This document shows positions 9,123 to 18,526 of a DNA stretch of 24,096 nucleotides, piece by piece (positions within the stretch are counted from its first letter, which is position 1; each line of letters begins with the position of its first letter). Source of the stretch: a virus (Duplodnaviria; Caudoviricetes); IMG/VR virus record IMGVR_UViG_3300033076_000414, positions 1 to 24,096 of that record. One strand, written 5' to 3'. The position numbers and the translations under genes are program-made. The notes below the pieces were generated by a model. That model worked only from the letters and a program-made list of their open reading frames with translations, did no database searches and was not told the origin of the DNA.

Positions 9123-10379
9123 TTATTTTTGTGCTTCCACAGTTAAACTTCTATCAACTATACCATAATCTCTTAATCCAGAATCGTAAGTTGGTAGATT
9201 TCCAAAAGTATGGCTTCCACCACCTCCACCACCCAATTCAGGTGCACTTATAACTTCCGGTGTTGGTTGTACAACAACCGGTGGAGGGGTTGGTTCTACG
9301 ATAGGGAGTGTAATTTTTCTTTCAACAGAACTCACAATAGGTGGTAATTCACTTACACCACTTACATTTATGTTTGCTGTATCAGTTGTATATACGTTTC
9401 TTTTAATTTCATTGTAAGTATTAAATGAAGCTAAATTATCTTGTATTTGCTTTCTCAATTCAACAACTGCAAATTCTTTTGGCAATTGATTAAAAGCAAC
9501 TGTTCTTCTCTTCAATGTTTTTATATTAAATGAAACACAATTATTTAGTATAGATTGTATTTCTGATAATAGTACAGTATATTCGTATTTTTCACAATCT
9601 TCAAATCTAATTTCCGATTTTTGTCCGAAATTTGATTGAGATATATCGTAATATTTGTTATTTAACCAATTAGTTACACTATCCTTAAAGTTATTAAATA
9701 TTCTAGTTCTAAATTGTGAAAAATCTCTTATTCCAAAATCATTTCTTAATATTGATATAAAATCATTTCCAAATTTATTAACCATAATATCATCTATTTT
9801 GGTTAAAGAATTTAATTCAAATTTATCCAAAGAATCTATTATATTCTTTTTATAATATTTGAAATCCGGATTTAATTTGTTCAAACTATTGAATTGATTA
9901 ATAGTTTTTTCAGTTATATCTTTATCAGTAACTTTTAATGGTAAAACACGAATCTCTTGTCTAGATGGAGATATTTCATGTATCCAAGTTCTAGTCAAAT
10001 CATTTTCAGAACCTACACTATTTCTTACAAAATTTATATTAACTTTAAATATACCATTGGTAAATCCTAAAGTGTTTAATAGTTTTTCAATATCAATTGC
10101 TAATTCTTTTTTACCAGCTCTATTTACGATTTGGTACATATAGTTTTTAATATCGCTTGTTTTCACATATGCAACATTATTTCCCGATACTTGTGGTAAT
10201 AGATTGTTATTAACATCATATACTGATACCTCCATAACATCGTATTTACAATCTCCAAAATCAGTATCATCTATTTGATTTTGATTTACAATAAATAAAT
10301 CTTCCGATTGAAGAAACTTTCCCTCATTTTCGGAATTATTATTAATTGCCTCTATATTTGTATATTTTTTAATACTCAT
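9123..10379 (-). CDS. Hypothetical virion-associated protein (418 aa)
   Basis: Long ORF in the baseplate operon; WIHEISPSRQEIRV motif; Pro-rich and poly-Gly C-terminal tail. Confidence 0.6.
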   Translation of the reverse strand: MSIKKYTNIEAINNNSENEGKFLQSEDLFIVNQNQIDDTDFGDCKYDVMEVSVYDVNNNLLPQVSGNNVAYVKTSDIKNYMYQIVNRAGKKELAIDIEKLLNTLGFTNGIFKVNINFVRNSVGSENDLTRTWIHEISPSRQEIRVLPLKVTDKDITEKTINQFNSLNKLNPDFKYYKKNIIDSLDKFELNSLTKIDDIMVNKFGNDFISILRNDFGIRDFSQFRTRIFNNFKDSVTNWLNNKYYDISQSNFGQKSEIRFEDCEKYEYTVLLSEIQSILNNCVSFNIKTLKRRTVAFNQLPKEFAVVELRKQIQDNLASFNTYNEIKRNVYTTDTANINVSGVSELPPIVSSVERKITLPIVEPTPPPVVVQPTPEVISAPELGGGGGGSHTFGNLPTYDSGLRDYGIVDRSLTVEAQK

Positions 10380-10385
10380 AATTTA

Positions 10386-11528
10386 TTAGAATGAATCTGG
10401 GTGATTTTTTGTAAATCTTATTGGATATGTTTTTGAGTCTTTAGTTCCATCACTTCTCGTAACACTTAATGTTATCGTAGAATCGTAATCTTTACTATGT
10501 CCCCAAGAACTAAACCAACCACTATTATTAGGGTCTACTCCATCTCCTGCATTTTTATTTATTCCCAATGTCAATGTTTCATCTTTACCAGCTGCTATTT
10601 GGAATGATGATTTTGGAAGTGCTAACCAATTATTTCTTAATTCAGAAGGTTTTGCTGCAACTATTTCTATACTAACTGGTTGTGTATCATTGTTTATAAA
10701 CTTCAATACACCACCACTTTCAAATTTGGTTTGACCATCGTTTGGTTTTAACTTACCATGTAATTTGAAATTAGGAGTATTTTTAGGCCCTTCAAATGAT
10801 GCAACAACTACTTGATTTATAACATCCCCACCTGCTGATATTGCTTGTGATTGAGTTCCTTGCTGTATAGATTGTTGTTGTTGAACTGCTCCTAATTGTG
10901 CTTGCAATCCTTTTATTATTGCATTTAAGGAATCAATCTGCTTTATCAATGCGTTTATTTGCGCTTTAAATCCTGCGTTTTGAGATTGTAATGCAGCTCT
11001 CAATATACTTTCATCTACCGATTTTTGCAAAGATGTTGCAATTTGTGCAGATGTATCAGCAACAGTCGCAGTAACAGTATCTAATTGATTCACAACAACA
11101 TCGTTTGTTTGTTCGATGTTTAATCTATTATTTATTTCGGTTGTAACCTTTGCTTTTAAATCAGCAACCAATGAATTTAAAGATTCAACTTGAGAAGTTA
11201 AATCACTAACTTGTTTTCTCAAATCTTCATTAGTAGCAACTTGCTCATCATAGATTGGTTTTGGAACTAAATTTTTATTTACAGTCGGTATATCTGGCTT
11301 TAATTCCTTAACTTCAACATCAACTGCTTTTAGTAATTCGGTTTCATCATACTTTGGTTTATTTAATGTTTTAAAAACCAAAGATGTTGCAACATTTGTA
11401 TCATTAACAATCGTTACACCATATTCATTTTTGGCAATAGTTTCCGAACCCGATACACTTAATATCGATTCCAATTTAGATTGTCTTTCTTCCTCTAATT
11501 TAAGAGATATTGCTTCTAAATTTGTCAT
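10386..11528 (-). CDS. Coiled-coil structural protein with C-terminal beta (Ig-like) domain
   Basis: Heptad-rich central region (LRKQVSDLTSQVESLNSLVADLK; QINALIKQIDSLNAIIKGLQAQL) followed by a beta-rich C-terminus. Confidence 0.6.
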   Translation of the reverse strand: MTNLEAISLKLEEERQSKLESILSVSGSETIAKNEYGVTIVNDTNVATSLVFKTLNKPKYDETELLKAVDVEVKELKPDIPTVNKNLVPKPIYDEQVATNEDLRKQVSDLTSQVESLNSLVADLKAKVTTEINNRLNIEQTNDVVVNQLDTVTATVADTSAQIATSLQKSVDESILRAALQSQNAGFKAQINALIKQIDSLNAIIKGLQAQLGAVQQQQSIQQGTQSQAISAGGDVINQVVVASFEGPKNTPNFKLHGKLKPNDGQTKFESGGVLKFINNDTQPVSIEIVAAKPSELRNNWLALPKSSFQIAAGKDETLTLGINKNAGDGVDPNNSGWFSSWGHSKDYDSTITLSVTRSDGTKDSKTYPIRFTKNHPDSF

Positions 11529-11529
11529 T

Positions 11530-12582
11530 TTAAACTATTTCAAAAATTGATTTATCATCTATAATATATTCTACACCATTTTGAATAACTTTTGTTTTTA
11601 ATTTGTAAGTTCTGTTTTCAGGCAGTGTATTCAAATTTAATGTAAAATAACTACCACTAGCATCACAACTTATTTTTGTATAATCACCAAACGGCATTAT
11701 CACTTCATTTGTAACGTAATCTTCTATTTGATAGTAAGATGATGTTGGTAAGTAATTAATTGTATCGTAAGCAAATGTATTAGAAAATACTTTAATTGGA
11801 TATAATTCTCTACCTTTTACTCTTATTTTTATTCTACTATTTTTTGTATATTTTGATTTTAAATTTGAATATACAACTTTAAAATTCTCATCAGGTATAA
11901 TACTTAATGAGCCTGTATTAAATGTAAAATCATTATAAACTATTTCTAATTTTGGTTCATAGATAGTATTTGTTTCTTTTGAGAAGAATTTTAAAATACC
12001 ATAATCTAAAGAATCTTCTTCTGATTGTAAGCTGTGGTGAACTATGAATCCATTATTTGGCAATGAACCACTTATCCAAAGATTAACAATATCAGTAACA
12101 TCCATTCTAATATCATCTGGCTCATAATTAAATGATTGAGATGCAGAACCACTTAAATACCAAGTACCACCTTCTGCATTAGCAGAACCCGTTGTACCAT
12201 TTGCAAATATAGCAGTACCTCCGATTGTATTATCTTGCCAAGTATTAATACCATCTCTATATTTCCAACTAATACCATCCGAAGTTACATTATCGAATTT
12301 AGTACCAGTTCCCATTGTCCAACTTTGAGAAACTGCATTTGCATAGATTGTATATTGTAAAGGTATTTCTTCGGAATTTGCTGATTTTAAATTTAAATAC
12401 GCTTTCCAACCACTACCCGTTTCTAAATTAGAAACATCGAACTTAATAAAAGTTCTAGCTATGTCCTTTGTAGAACCATAGTAAAGTTTACCTACTTCCA
12501 ATATCTCATCTCTACCTGCGTTTTGTTGAGGTTGTTGTAGATATACACTTGCGTCATATGATGATGTATAAAATATATGCAT
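11530..12582 (-). CDS. Virion structural protein with DNRLRE/CBM96-like domain
   Basis: DASVYLQQPQQNAGRDEILEVG..ARTFIKFDV..AYLNL..SWTMGTG..MDVTDIVNLW..NNGFIV..FFSKE..PKLEIVY follows the DNRLRE-domain pattern. Confidence 0.6.
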   Translation of the reverse strand: MHIFYTSSYDASVYLQQPQQNAGRDEILEVGKLYYGSTKDIARTFIKFDVSNLETGSGWKAYLNLKSANSEEIPLQYTIYANAVSQSWTMGTGTKFDNVTSDGISWKYRDGINTWQDNTIGGTAIFANGTTGSANAEGGTWYLSGSASQSFNYEPDDIRMDVTDIVNLWISGSLPNNGFIVHHSLQSEEDSLDYGILKFFSKETNTIYEPKLEIVYNDFTFNTGSLSIIPDENFKVVYSNLKSKYTKNSRIKIRVKGRELYPIKVFSNTFAYDTINYLPTSSYYQIEDYVTNEVIMPFGDYTKISCDASGSYFTLNLNTLPENRTYKLKTKVIQNGVEYIIDDKSIFEIV

Positions 12583-14606
12583 TATAATGCCCTCCCTTTA
12601 ATGTCTTTATTTGGATATTTAACTTCGAATATTGATGGGTCTAAAGATGGATATACCATTTTACCCTTTGTTGCCGCATCTATATTATATTTGTTAGGAG
12701 AATAGTTACCATCACCTGCACATAAGTTATTAATTTTAACCATTGGTACACTCATTACACCTTCTACATTTGCTAATATTAATTCTATTTCTGAAATATT
12801 GATTGGTTTGTTAAATGTCCAATTATCTATTTCAAAATACTTTTGTAATTCACTCAAACAATTCGATAGAACTTCAGATTTGTTATAATTTTGATAACAA
12901 ATTATTTCAAAATCTACACCAATGTTAATTATAAATCCGTTGATTATATTAACACCATCGGTAATCATTCTATATTCACCCAAATACGTTTTAAGGTTTT
13001 GCTTTATAGCATCGTTTAATTGAGTTAATTTTTTATTATTATCATAACCCAAAACATACATATTAATTGCAAAAGGATTATTTACTTCTGCTATATTACT
13101 TTTCTTTTGTTGAAGATACTTAACCAATTCTTTTTGTATATCTTGCTTTGAACTTCCTTTTAAGCTATCTACTAAATTTGTAAATTCTGCAATATTTTGT
13201 GGAGATGCTAAAATAGATGCCGGTGAATTGTTATCAATCTCACCATCAGGTGAAACATAAACTTTTGCAATACTACCATATCTTTCTGGCATACTCAATG
13301 CTCTTACAATATAATCTTGTCTAGTTACTGCTCTATTTTGAGAACCAAACATTGCCAATGCATTCTGTCTAATTTCCTCAATACTCTCTGCACCTCTACC
13401 TCCAACTGCTGCTTCTAAATTCTCAACAGCGATTGTTGTTTTTATAGAGTTATATAAATTCAATAAGTTCGATGGTAATGATAATAAATCTTCATCAAAC
13501 TCTATATTTCTTATGTTTGTTAAATCACCTTGATTTACATTGGATTCTACACCACCACCAATTAAATAATCTATACTTAATGTTTTACCATTAGGTGCTA
13601 CTCCAAACGTATTTGTTTTTAAAAAGTTAGATGGGTCAATTCCTTGATTCAATCTTTGAATTGAATTTGCTAATCCTAATCCTACATTTTTAGTGTTTGG
13701 TAATATTATCTCATCGGATAATGAATTATTACCACTACCGAATTGTAAATCAATTGTATTATCAGAATTAACTTTTACACTAAATCTATTAGGAACTTTT
13801 TGTACTTCTAAAATATATGGTACTGAATTAGAATATTGTGATAATTCTGATTTACTTCCTACATTAGCTTGTTCAACAAAAATACTTTCTTGTGCTAAAT
13901 AAGGAACTTCATACCATTTAACTGAACCACCATCCGATGTTACCGAAGATATTGAAATAATATTCGTATCATCCAAAGTTGCTGTTAAATATTCCTGATA
14001 ATCTGAAGAAAATGAAATAGTTTTATTTACTTTCTTAGCCGATATAGCTTTAACCTTTTTACTAACTAAATATCTAGTAGGCGCACCGGTTGTACCATCT
14101 CTTTCATAAACTTCAATTTCTCTATCCGTTGGATTTGAGAAATCTACTGAATCGGTTGTTATGAATGTTATATTACTATTCGATGTAGATTCAACAGTCA
14201 ATCCATCTTTTATCTTTAAGAAAAATCTACTATCTGCTTCATATGTTGGTGCTCCTGTTGCAGGAACTAACTGATAAACTGATAATGTTGTAACTGCTGG
14301 CGATGTTACTTTTGGTTTATATCCCATAGTTTGAGCCAATGCAACTACGTTTTTTCTTTCAGTTGCATGGGCTAACATTGATTCTTTTAATTGAGTATCT
14401 TGATAAAATGAAAGTATATCACCCAATGCCGCAGCTTGTTCTACGAACACCATACCAGGTGAAGCCTCATTAAAATCAGAGTAGCTATTTGGGAAATACG
14501 TTTTAGTAAAATCAATAAGATTTTGCTTAAAAGATTCAAAATCTTTACCCAAATAATTTATATTTCTACTACTACCAAAAGTCTTTTTTACAGGTTTAAT
14601 TGCCAT
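12582..14606 (-). CDS. Baseplate wedge subunit (T4 gp6 / baseplate J-like)
   Basis: YLGKDFESFKQNLIDF..YSDFNEASPG..SFYQD, LAQTMGYKP, IDYLIGGGVESNV, GGRGAESIEEIR..SQNRAVTRQDY; adjacent to the gp25-like gene. Confidence 0.9.
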   Translation of the reverse strand: MAIKPVKKTFGSSRNINYLGKDFESFKQNLIDFTKTYFPNSYSDFNEASPGMVFVEQAAALGDILSFYQDTQLKESMLAHATERKNVVALAQTMGYKPKVTSPAVTTLSVYQLVPATGAPTYEADSRFFLKIKDGLTVESTSNSNITFITTDSVDFSNPTDREIEVYERDGTTGAPTRYLVSKKVKAISAKKVNKTISFSSDYQEYLTATLDDTNIISISSVTSDGGSVKWYEVPYLAQESIFVEQANVGSKSELSQYSNSVPYILEVQKVPNRFSVKVNSDNTIDLQFGSGNNSLSDEIILPNTKNVGLGLANSIQRLNQGIDPSNFLKTNTFGVAPNGKTLSIDYLIGGGVESNVNQGDLTNIRNIEFDEDLLSLPSNLLNLYNSIKTTIAVENLEAAVGGRGAESIEEIRQNALAMFGSQNRAVTRQDYIVRALSMPERYGSIAKVYVSPDGEIDNNSPASILASPQNIAEFTNLVDSLKGSSKQDIQKELVKYLQQKKSNIAEVNNPFAINMYVLGYDNNKKLTQLNDAIKQNLKTYLGEYRMITDGVNIINGFIINIGVDFEIICYQNYNKSEVLSNCLSELQKYFEIDNWTFNKPINISEIELILANVEGVMSVPMVKINNLCAGDGNYSPNKYNIDAATKGKMVYPSLDPSIFEVKYPNKDIKGRAL

Positions 14607-14607
14607 T

Positions 14608-15039
14608 TTATCTCGTTATATTAATTTGTACTGATTCTAATAAATTTGGATTAGAAACCAAAGAGAACTTTATATCTAAAGCTATTCGATTGGCATCAAT
14701 ATCATTTTCATCATAATCAAATATTATTGTATCAATGTTTAAATATGGCAACCATTTTGAAACCGCAGATGTTATACTCGTTTCTATTACGTTTTCAATA
14801 TCAACTAATGGTTCAAATAAAACTCTATGAACATCGCAACCAAAATCAGGCTGCATCATTCTTTCGCCTTTTTTAGTTAATATTAAATTAATTAAATTAT
14901 ATTTTGCTTGAGCTAGTGTTGTGTAATTTACAGAGAATATACCATTAGATTGAGAACGTTGGTTAATACCAATTCCCAATACTTTATAGTTGTTTTCCGT
15001 TAAATCATTTACATTTACTTTACCAAGCGATATTGCCAT
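14608..15039 (-). CDS. Baseplate protein, gp25/GpW family
   Basis: NLINLILTKKGERMMQPDFGCDVHRVLFEP...AVSKWLPY is the gp25/GpW signature. Confidence 0.92.
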   Translation of the reverse strand: MAISLGKVNVNDLTENNYKVLGIGINQRSQSNGIFSVNYTTLAQAKYNLINLILTKKGERMMQPDFGCDVHRVLFEPLVDIENVIETSITSAVSKWLPYLNIDTIIFDYDENDIDANRIALDIKFSLVSNPNLLESVQINITR

Positions 15040-15542
15040 TATTTAAATCTTTTTACTAATTGTGAGTAATCTCTAGTTAATGCTTTTATAGTAGCATCTT
15101 GTAACCCATCACCAGTTGATTGAAAGTTTGGCATATTTTGTGGAATATTTTGTTCCATTCTATAATCCATAGTTTCCCAATCTTCTTCCATTGTTCTCTC
15201 CGGTTGTAACATATCCAATACACTACCACCCTCCATACCAGGCATAGAACCTTCTGCTCTTTCTTTAGCAGTAAATGGAGTTGTCATATTCAATACCTCA
15301 TTTAACATTGGATTTGAAGTATATTCCTTCATTTGTTGAGGTCTTTGTTGTTGAATAGGTTGTTGTTTTCTAACAATCGGTTGTGGAACTTCTGTCATTT
15401 CCATCAATGATGGTTGTTTTCTTTCTTTGTTTAATGTAACCGCACCGGATTTGATTAGCTTCGCTAATTCTTCTTTAACTTGTTGTTTAACTTCGCTTTT
15501 AACAACCTCCTTAATTAATCCGACTAATAATTTTGAATCCAT
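15039..15542 (-). CDS. Hypothetical protein (167 aa; Gln/Met-rich, largely low complexity)
   Basis: IKEVVKSEVKQQVKEEL N-terminal helix, NPMLNEVLNMT, ALTRDYSQLVK C-terminus; TAATG coupling to the gp25-like gene. Confidence 0.65.
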   Translation of the reverse strand: MDSKLLVGLIKEVVKSEVKQQVKEELAKLIKSGAVTLNKERKQPSLMEMTEVPQPIVRKQQPIQQQRPQQMKEYTSNPMLNEVLNMTTPFTAKERAEGSMPGMEGGSVLDMLQPERTMEEDWETMDYRMEQNIPQNMPNFQSTGDGLQDATIKALTRDYSQLVKRFK

Positions 15543-15556
15543 AATTATACTTTTTA

Positions 15557-15564
15557 ATAAATAT
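15557..15564 (-). promoter_or_regulatory. Candidate phage late promoter ATATTTAT
   Basis: Intergenic, 14 nt upstream of the ATG at 15542. Confidence 0.55.
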
Positions 15565-15577
15565 TGAAAGTTTTAAT

Positions 15578-16123
15578 TTATACTTTATAACCACTCCACA
15601 TAACAATTCCAGGAGCCGGTGGCGCTGGTGGTGGATATTGAGCTACTACTGAAAATATACCCGAAACAGTCATTAAATGTAATGTTGCTGATTGGATAAA
15701 CGTATCTAAAAATATATTTACATTATTATTTGGAATAGTTGGTATAGAAGTCCAATTTCCAGGAGATAATACAATAGCAGTAGTTGTTGATATATTTTTA
15801 ATAGAACCCACCGCAGGTACTAATGGTGAAGGAAATAATGATAATTTTGCTCCAGCCCAATAAGCTATTATAGCAGGTCCAACTACATCCAATAATGTCA
15901 ATGTTTTTGACATTTGTGTTTGTAATAACAATGAAGTTAATGTAGTTTCCATTAATTGTTTATTTCCATTAATTAATGGTATCCCATTTACAATATCACC
16001 ACCACTCTTAATAGCTAAATCATATGAATTTGTAAGTGCTTTGGAAAACGCAGACATATCATTACCATATGCAAATGTTTGCATAGCAGGTATTAATGTT
16101 GATTTGAAAACGCCCCATGACAT
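15578..16123 (-). CDS. Hypothetical protein (181 aa), probable baseplate/spike-associated
   Basis: TAATG-coupled to the spike-like gene; few charged residues; Pro-rich end YPPPAPPAPGIVMWSGY. Confidence 0.6.
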   Translation of the reverse strand: MSWGVFKSTLIPAMQTFAYGNDMSAFSKALTNSYDLAIKSGGDIVNGIPLINGNKQLMETTLTSLLLQTQMSKTLTLLDVVGPAIIAYWAGAKLSLFPSPLVPAVGSIKNISTTTAIVLSPGNWTSIPTIPNNNVNIFLDTFIQSATLHLMTVSGIFSVVAQYPPPAPPAPGIVMWSGYKV

Positions 16124-17346
16124 TAGTTCTTACTTAAAAAGTTTTTAGCTGATAATATTGTTTTCAATTTAGATTTTATTGAATTGAATTGAGCTACATT
16201 TTCTGGACCAGGCTTTGAAGGACCGGCTGGTGTTAAATACATTTGTTGTGTAATAGCATCTATTAAATCGCTCATTATTTGAACCAACTCACCACCCAAT
16301 ACCATCTTTTGTACATCGGCACCAGCATCACCTTCTCCTTTATTTTTACCCAAATAAACTTTACCATTTTCCGAATTAAGGAATATTTGATTAGCTCCAG
16401 CCGAATGAATTGTTACATTTTTATTTGTATGAACATATACATCCTTTTCAGCATCAATTGAGTATTGTCCATCTGTTATTACACCAGTATTTCCTTTACC
16501 AAATATGATAAATTCTTTTGCTTTAGCAGATAAAACTATTCTATCGGAATTTACAAATAATTGGTCACCACTTAAATCTTTTGAATTTGGATATTCCTTA
16601 AATGCTTTCTTTTCTTTCTTAATAGTTTCTTTGAATGGAATTTTTACTTTGTTAGATGTTATATAAATGGATGTACCATCTTTATTTATATCTTCATCTA
16701 CTAATGTTCCTATTTTTTTAGAATCTAATTCAGGGTTTTGTTTATTACGAATGAATATAGATGGAGATGATGATTTACCATCTTCTGTTAAATGAAACTC
16801 GCTAAATCTAATTGTATTTCCAACTCTACCACTTAAAATGGTATCACCTTGCTTTGGGTTTAAAAATTTAATCTTTTCATTAACTTTATATTCATTTTTA
16901 TCATCTTTTTTAACATCAGATGATTGACCGCCGGTTTGTGCAGTTTCTCTTTGAGATTGTGCATTACCACCACTTTGAGCTTTAGTACCATCAACTGGCT
17001 CTAAAGATTTAAATGTAACATAATCTCTTCTATACGAAGAATATGGTGTTACTGTATATGGTAGCCAAAATTTATTACTCTCATCTATTTCTAATATGAT
17101 AACAGTCTCTCCCTTTATAGGCATCGTAAAATTATTCTTATCAAATGGATAAGCATAATATTGAGTAGTCATATTTGGATACAAATAACTTATAGCACCA
17201 TAAAAACGTGCATCTTTATCTGATAAATCATTATTATTGTTGTAAATAGGCACAAAATCTGATTTATCACCCTTTTCATAAGGTAAAAAATCAGCATTTA
17301 TAGGATATACCTTATCTACTGTTGCTAAAAATGATTTTATCTCCAT
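16123..17346 (-). CDS. Baseplate central spike-like protein (gp5/gpV/Gp138 type)
   Basis: N-terminal OB-fold-like AYP..MPIKGETVII; GDTILSGRVGNTIRF; beta-helix-like DQLFVNSDRIVLSAK..IDAEKDVYV..KVYLG; terminal MVLGGELV..LIDAI..TPAGPS typical of spike proteins. Confidence 0.65.
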   Translation of the reverse strand: MEIKSFLATVDKVYPINADFLPYEKGDKSDFVPIYNNNNDLSDKDARFYGAISYLYPNMTTQYYAYPFDKNNFTMPIKGETVIILEIDESNKFWLPYTVTPYSSYRRDYVTFKSLEPVDGTKAQSGGNAQSQRETAQTGGQSSDVKKDDKNEYKVNEKIKFLNPKQGDTILSGRVGNTIRFSEFHLTEDGKSSSPSIFIRNKQNPELDSKKIGTLVDEDINKDGTSIYITSNKVKIPFKETIKKEKKAFKEYPNSKDLSGDQLFVNSDRIVLSAKAKEFIIFGKGNTGVITDGQYSIDAEKDVYVHTNKNVTIHSAGANQIFLNSENGKVYLGKNKGEGDAGADVQKMVLGGELVQIMSDLIDAITQQMYLTPAGPSKPGPENVAQFNSIKSKLKTILSAKNFLSKN

Positions 17347-17753
17347 TATTTTACTTTAGTTTTTATTTCTTCGATTTCAATCTGAATATCTCCCAACTTT
17401 TCCTCTGCTTTCTTTTCTACTTGATTTATCGTATCTTCCATATCTGCTAAAAGTTGTGCTTTTTCATGCTCACTTAACCAACCATCTTCCCCAATACCCT
17501 TAGCCTCCGCTGCTGCTAATCTTTGAGCAATTGTTGCCAATTTGATTAAGTGGTCATCGTTTTTAACCGAAACATCTATCAAATCTTTAATAATTGGTGC
17601 AATAATAGTTGCTTCACCAACATTTCTAATTAATTTACGAAGTGATTCGATTAATTCCGAAATATTTTTCTTTTTATTTTGTTGATTTTCGTATATATCT
17701 TTAAATAACGATGATAGATTTTTCCCATCAAACAATTTGAATTCTGCGCTCAT
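17346..17753 (-). CDS. Hypothetical alpha-helical protein (135 aa)
   Basis: Coupled by overlaps at both ends (ATGA and TAATG); helical, charged composition. Confidence 0.7.
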   Translation of the reverse strand: MSAEFKLFDGKNLSSLFKDIYENQQNKKKNISELIESLRKLIRNVGEATIIAPIIKDLIDVSVKNDDHLIKLATIAQRLAAAEAKGIGEDGWLSEHEKAQLLADMEDTINQVEKKAEEKLGDIQIEIEEIKTKVK

Positions 17754-18526
17754 AATATTCTATTCTTTACTATATAATTATAAAGTTCTTCACTTATTAG
17801 TTTGTAACCATCCTTATTTGGATGTTGTGTTGCTCTAGTATCGTATGTTGCATCTTGATATTCCCAAATATCTAATCTCTTTGTTTTGTTTAAGAAATCT
17901 CTAAATGTTTCTTTTCTAAATCCCCAATATTTTTTAGAATCTATATTATCCGTTACATCATCCTTTTTATGTAAATCAATTAACATAGATTCAATACCAT
18001 CGCACATTACATATTTTATGTTATAATATCTAAAAAGTTCTTGTAAGAAGATAATATAGTTTTGATTAACTATGTTGTAATAATGCTGATTAAATAGTTC
18101 TCCAATAAAAAGATTTTTAAAATCTATTAAAAAATCATTGTATTTATCATTATTACTTCTAAAAGAATTTATGAATTTTTCAGGTGTTTGCAATAAATGC
18201 TTAACACTCCAACTAACCCACTCCCCTTTTGGTAAGAATGGAACATAATCTCTCAATGAAGAACTCCACATTACAACAACCAAATCATTTTCTCTAATTC
18301 TACCATCTTGTACATCGGTTACGATTTGATTAAATATTTTATTATTAGCATTACCACTAATCCCATTATTATGATGTGATAGATTTAATTTTTCTGCTAA
18401 ATATTTTGGCCAAGAGTGATTATTTCTAAATAATCTTTTATCATCTCTATCGGTTAAATTCTTTTCTACTTCAATGTTGGCACCCTCACCTTCGGTCCAA
18501 CTACAACCATATGCGTGTAAAATCAT
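17750..18526 (-). CDS. SGNH/GDSL-like hydrolase or acyltransferase-fold protein
   Basis: Block I GCSWTEG, SWPKYLAEKL, block II NNGISGNAN, VVMWS, block V QHPNKDGYKLIS. Confidence 0.7.
   Translation of the reverse strand: MILHAYGCSWTEGEGANIEVEKNLTDRDDKRLFRNNHSWPKYLAEKLNLSHHNNGISGNANNKIFNQIVTDVQDGRIRENDLVVVMWSSSLRDYVPFLPKGEWVSWSVKHLLQTPEKFINSFRSNNDKYNDFLIDFKNLFIGELFNQHYYNIVNQNYIIFLQELFRYYNIKYVMCDGIESMLIDLHKKDDVTDNIDSKKYWGFRKETFRDFLNKTKRLDIWEYQDATYDTRATQHPNKDGYKLISEELYNYIVKNRIL

Noticed and set aside
16279-16461. 60 aa minus-strand ORF nested in the spike-like gene
   Set aside because: Out-of-frame overlap with no start signals or motifs.
884-17346. Bacterial contractile injection system (eCIS/T6SS/tailocin) or prophage
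   Set aside because: No host-like flanking genes, Afp15/ClpV ATPase or integrase; the endonuclease I, sigma-like gene and single-strand dense layout fit a large phage. Sheath, tube and capsid genes were not recognised and are presumably outside the window.
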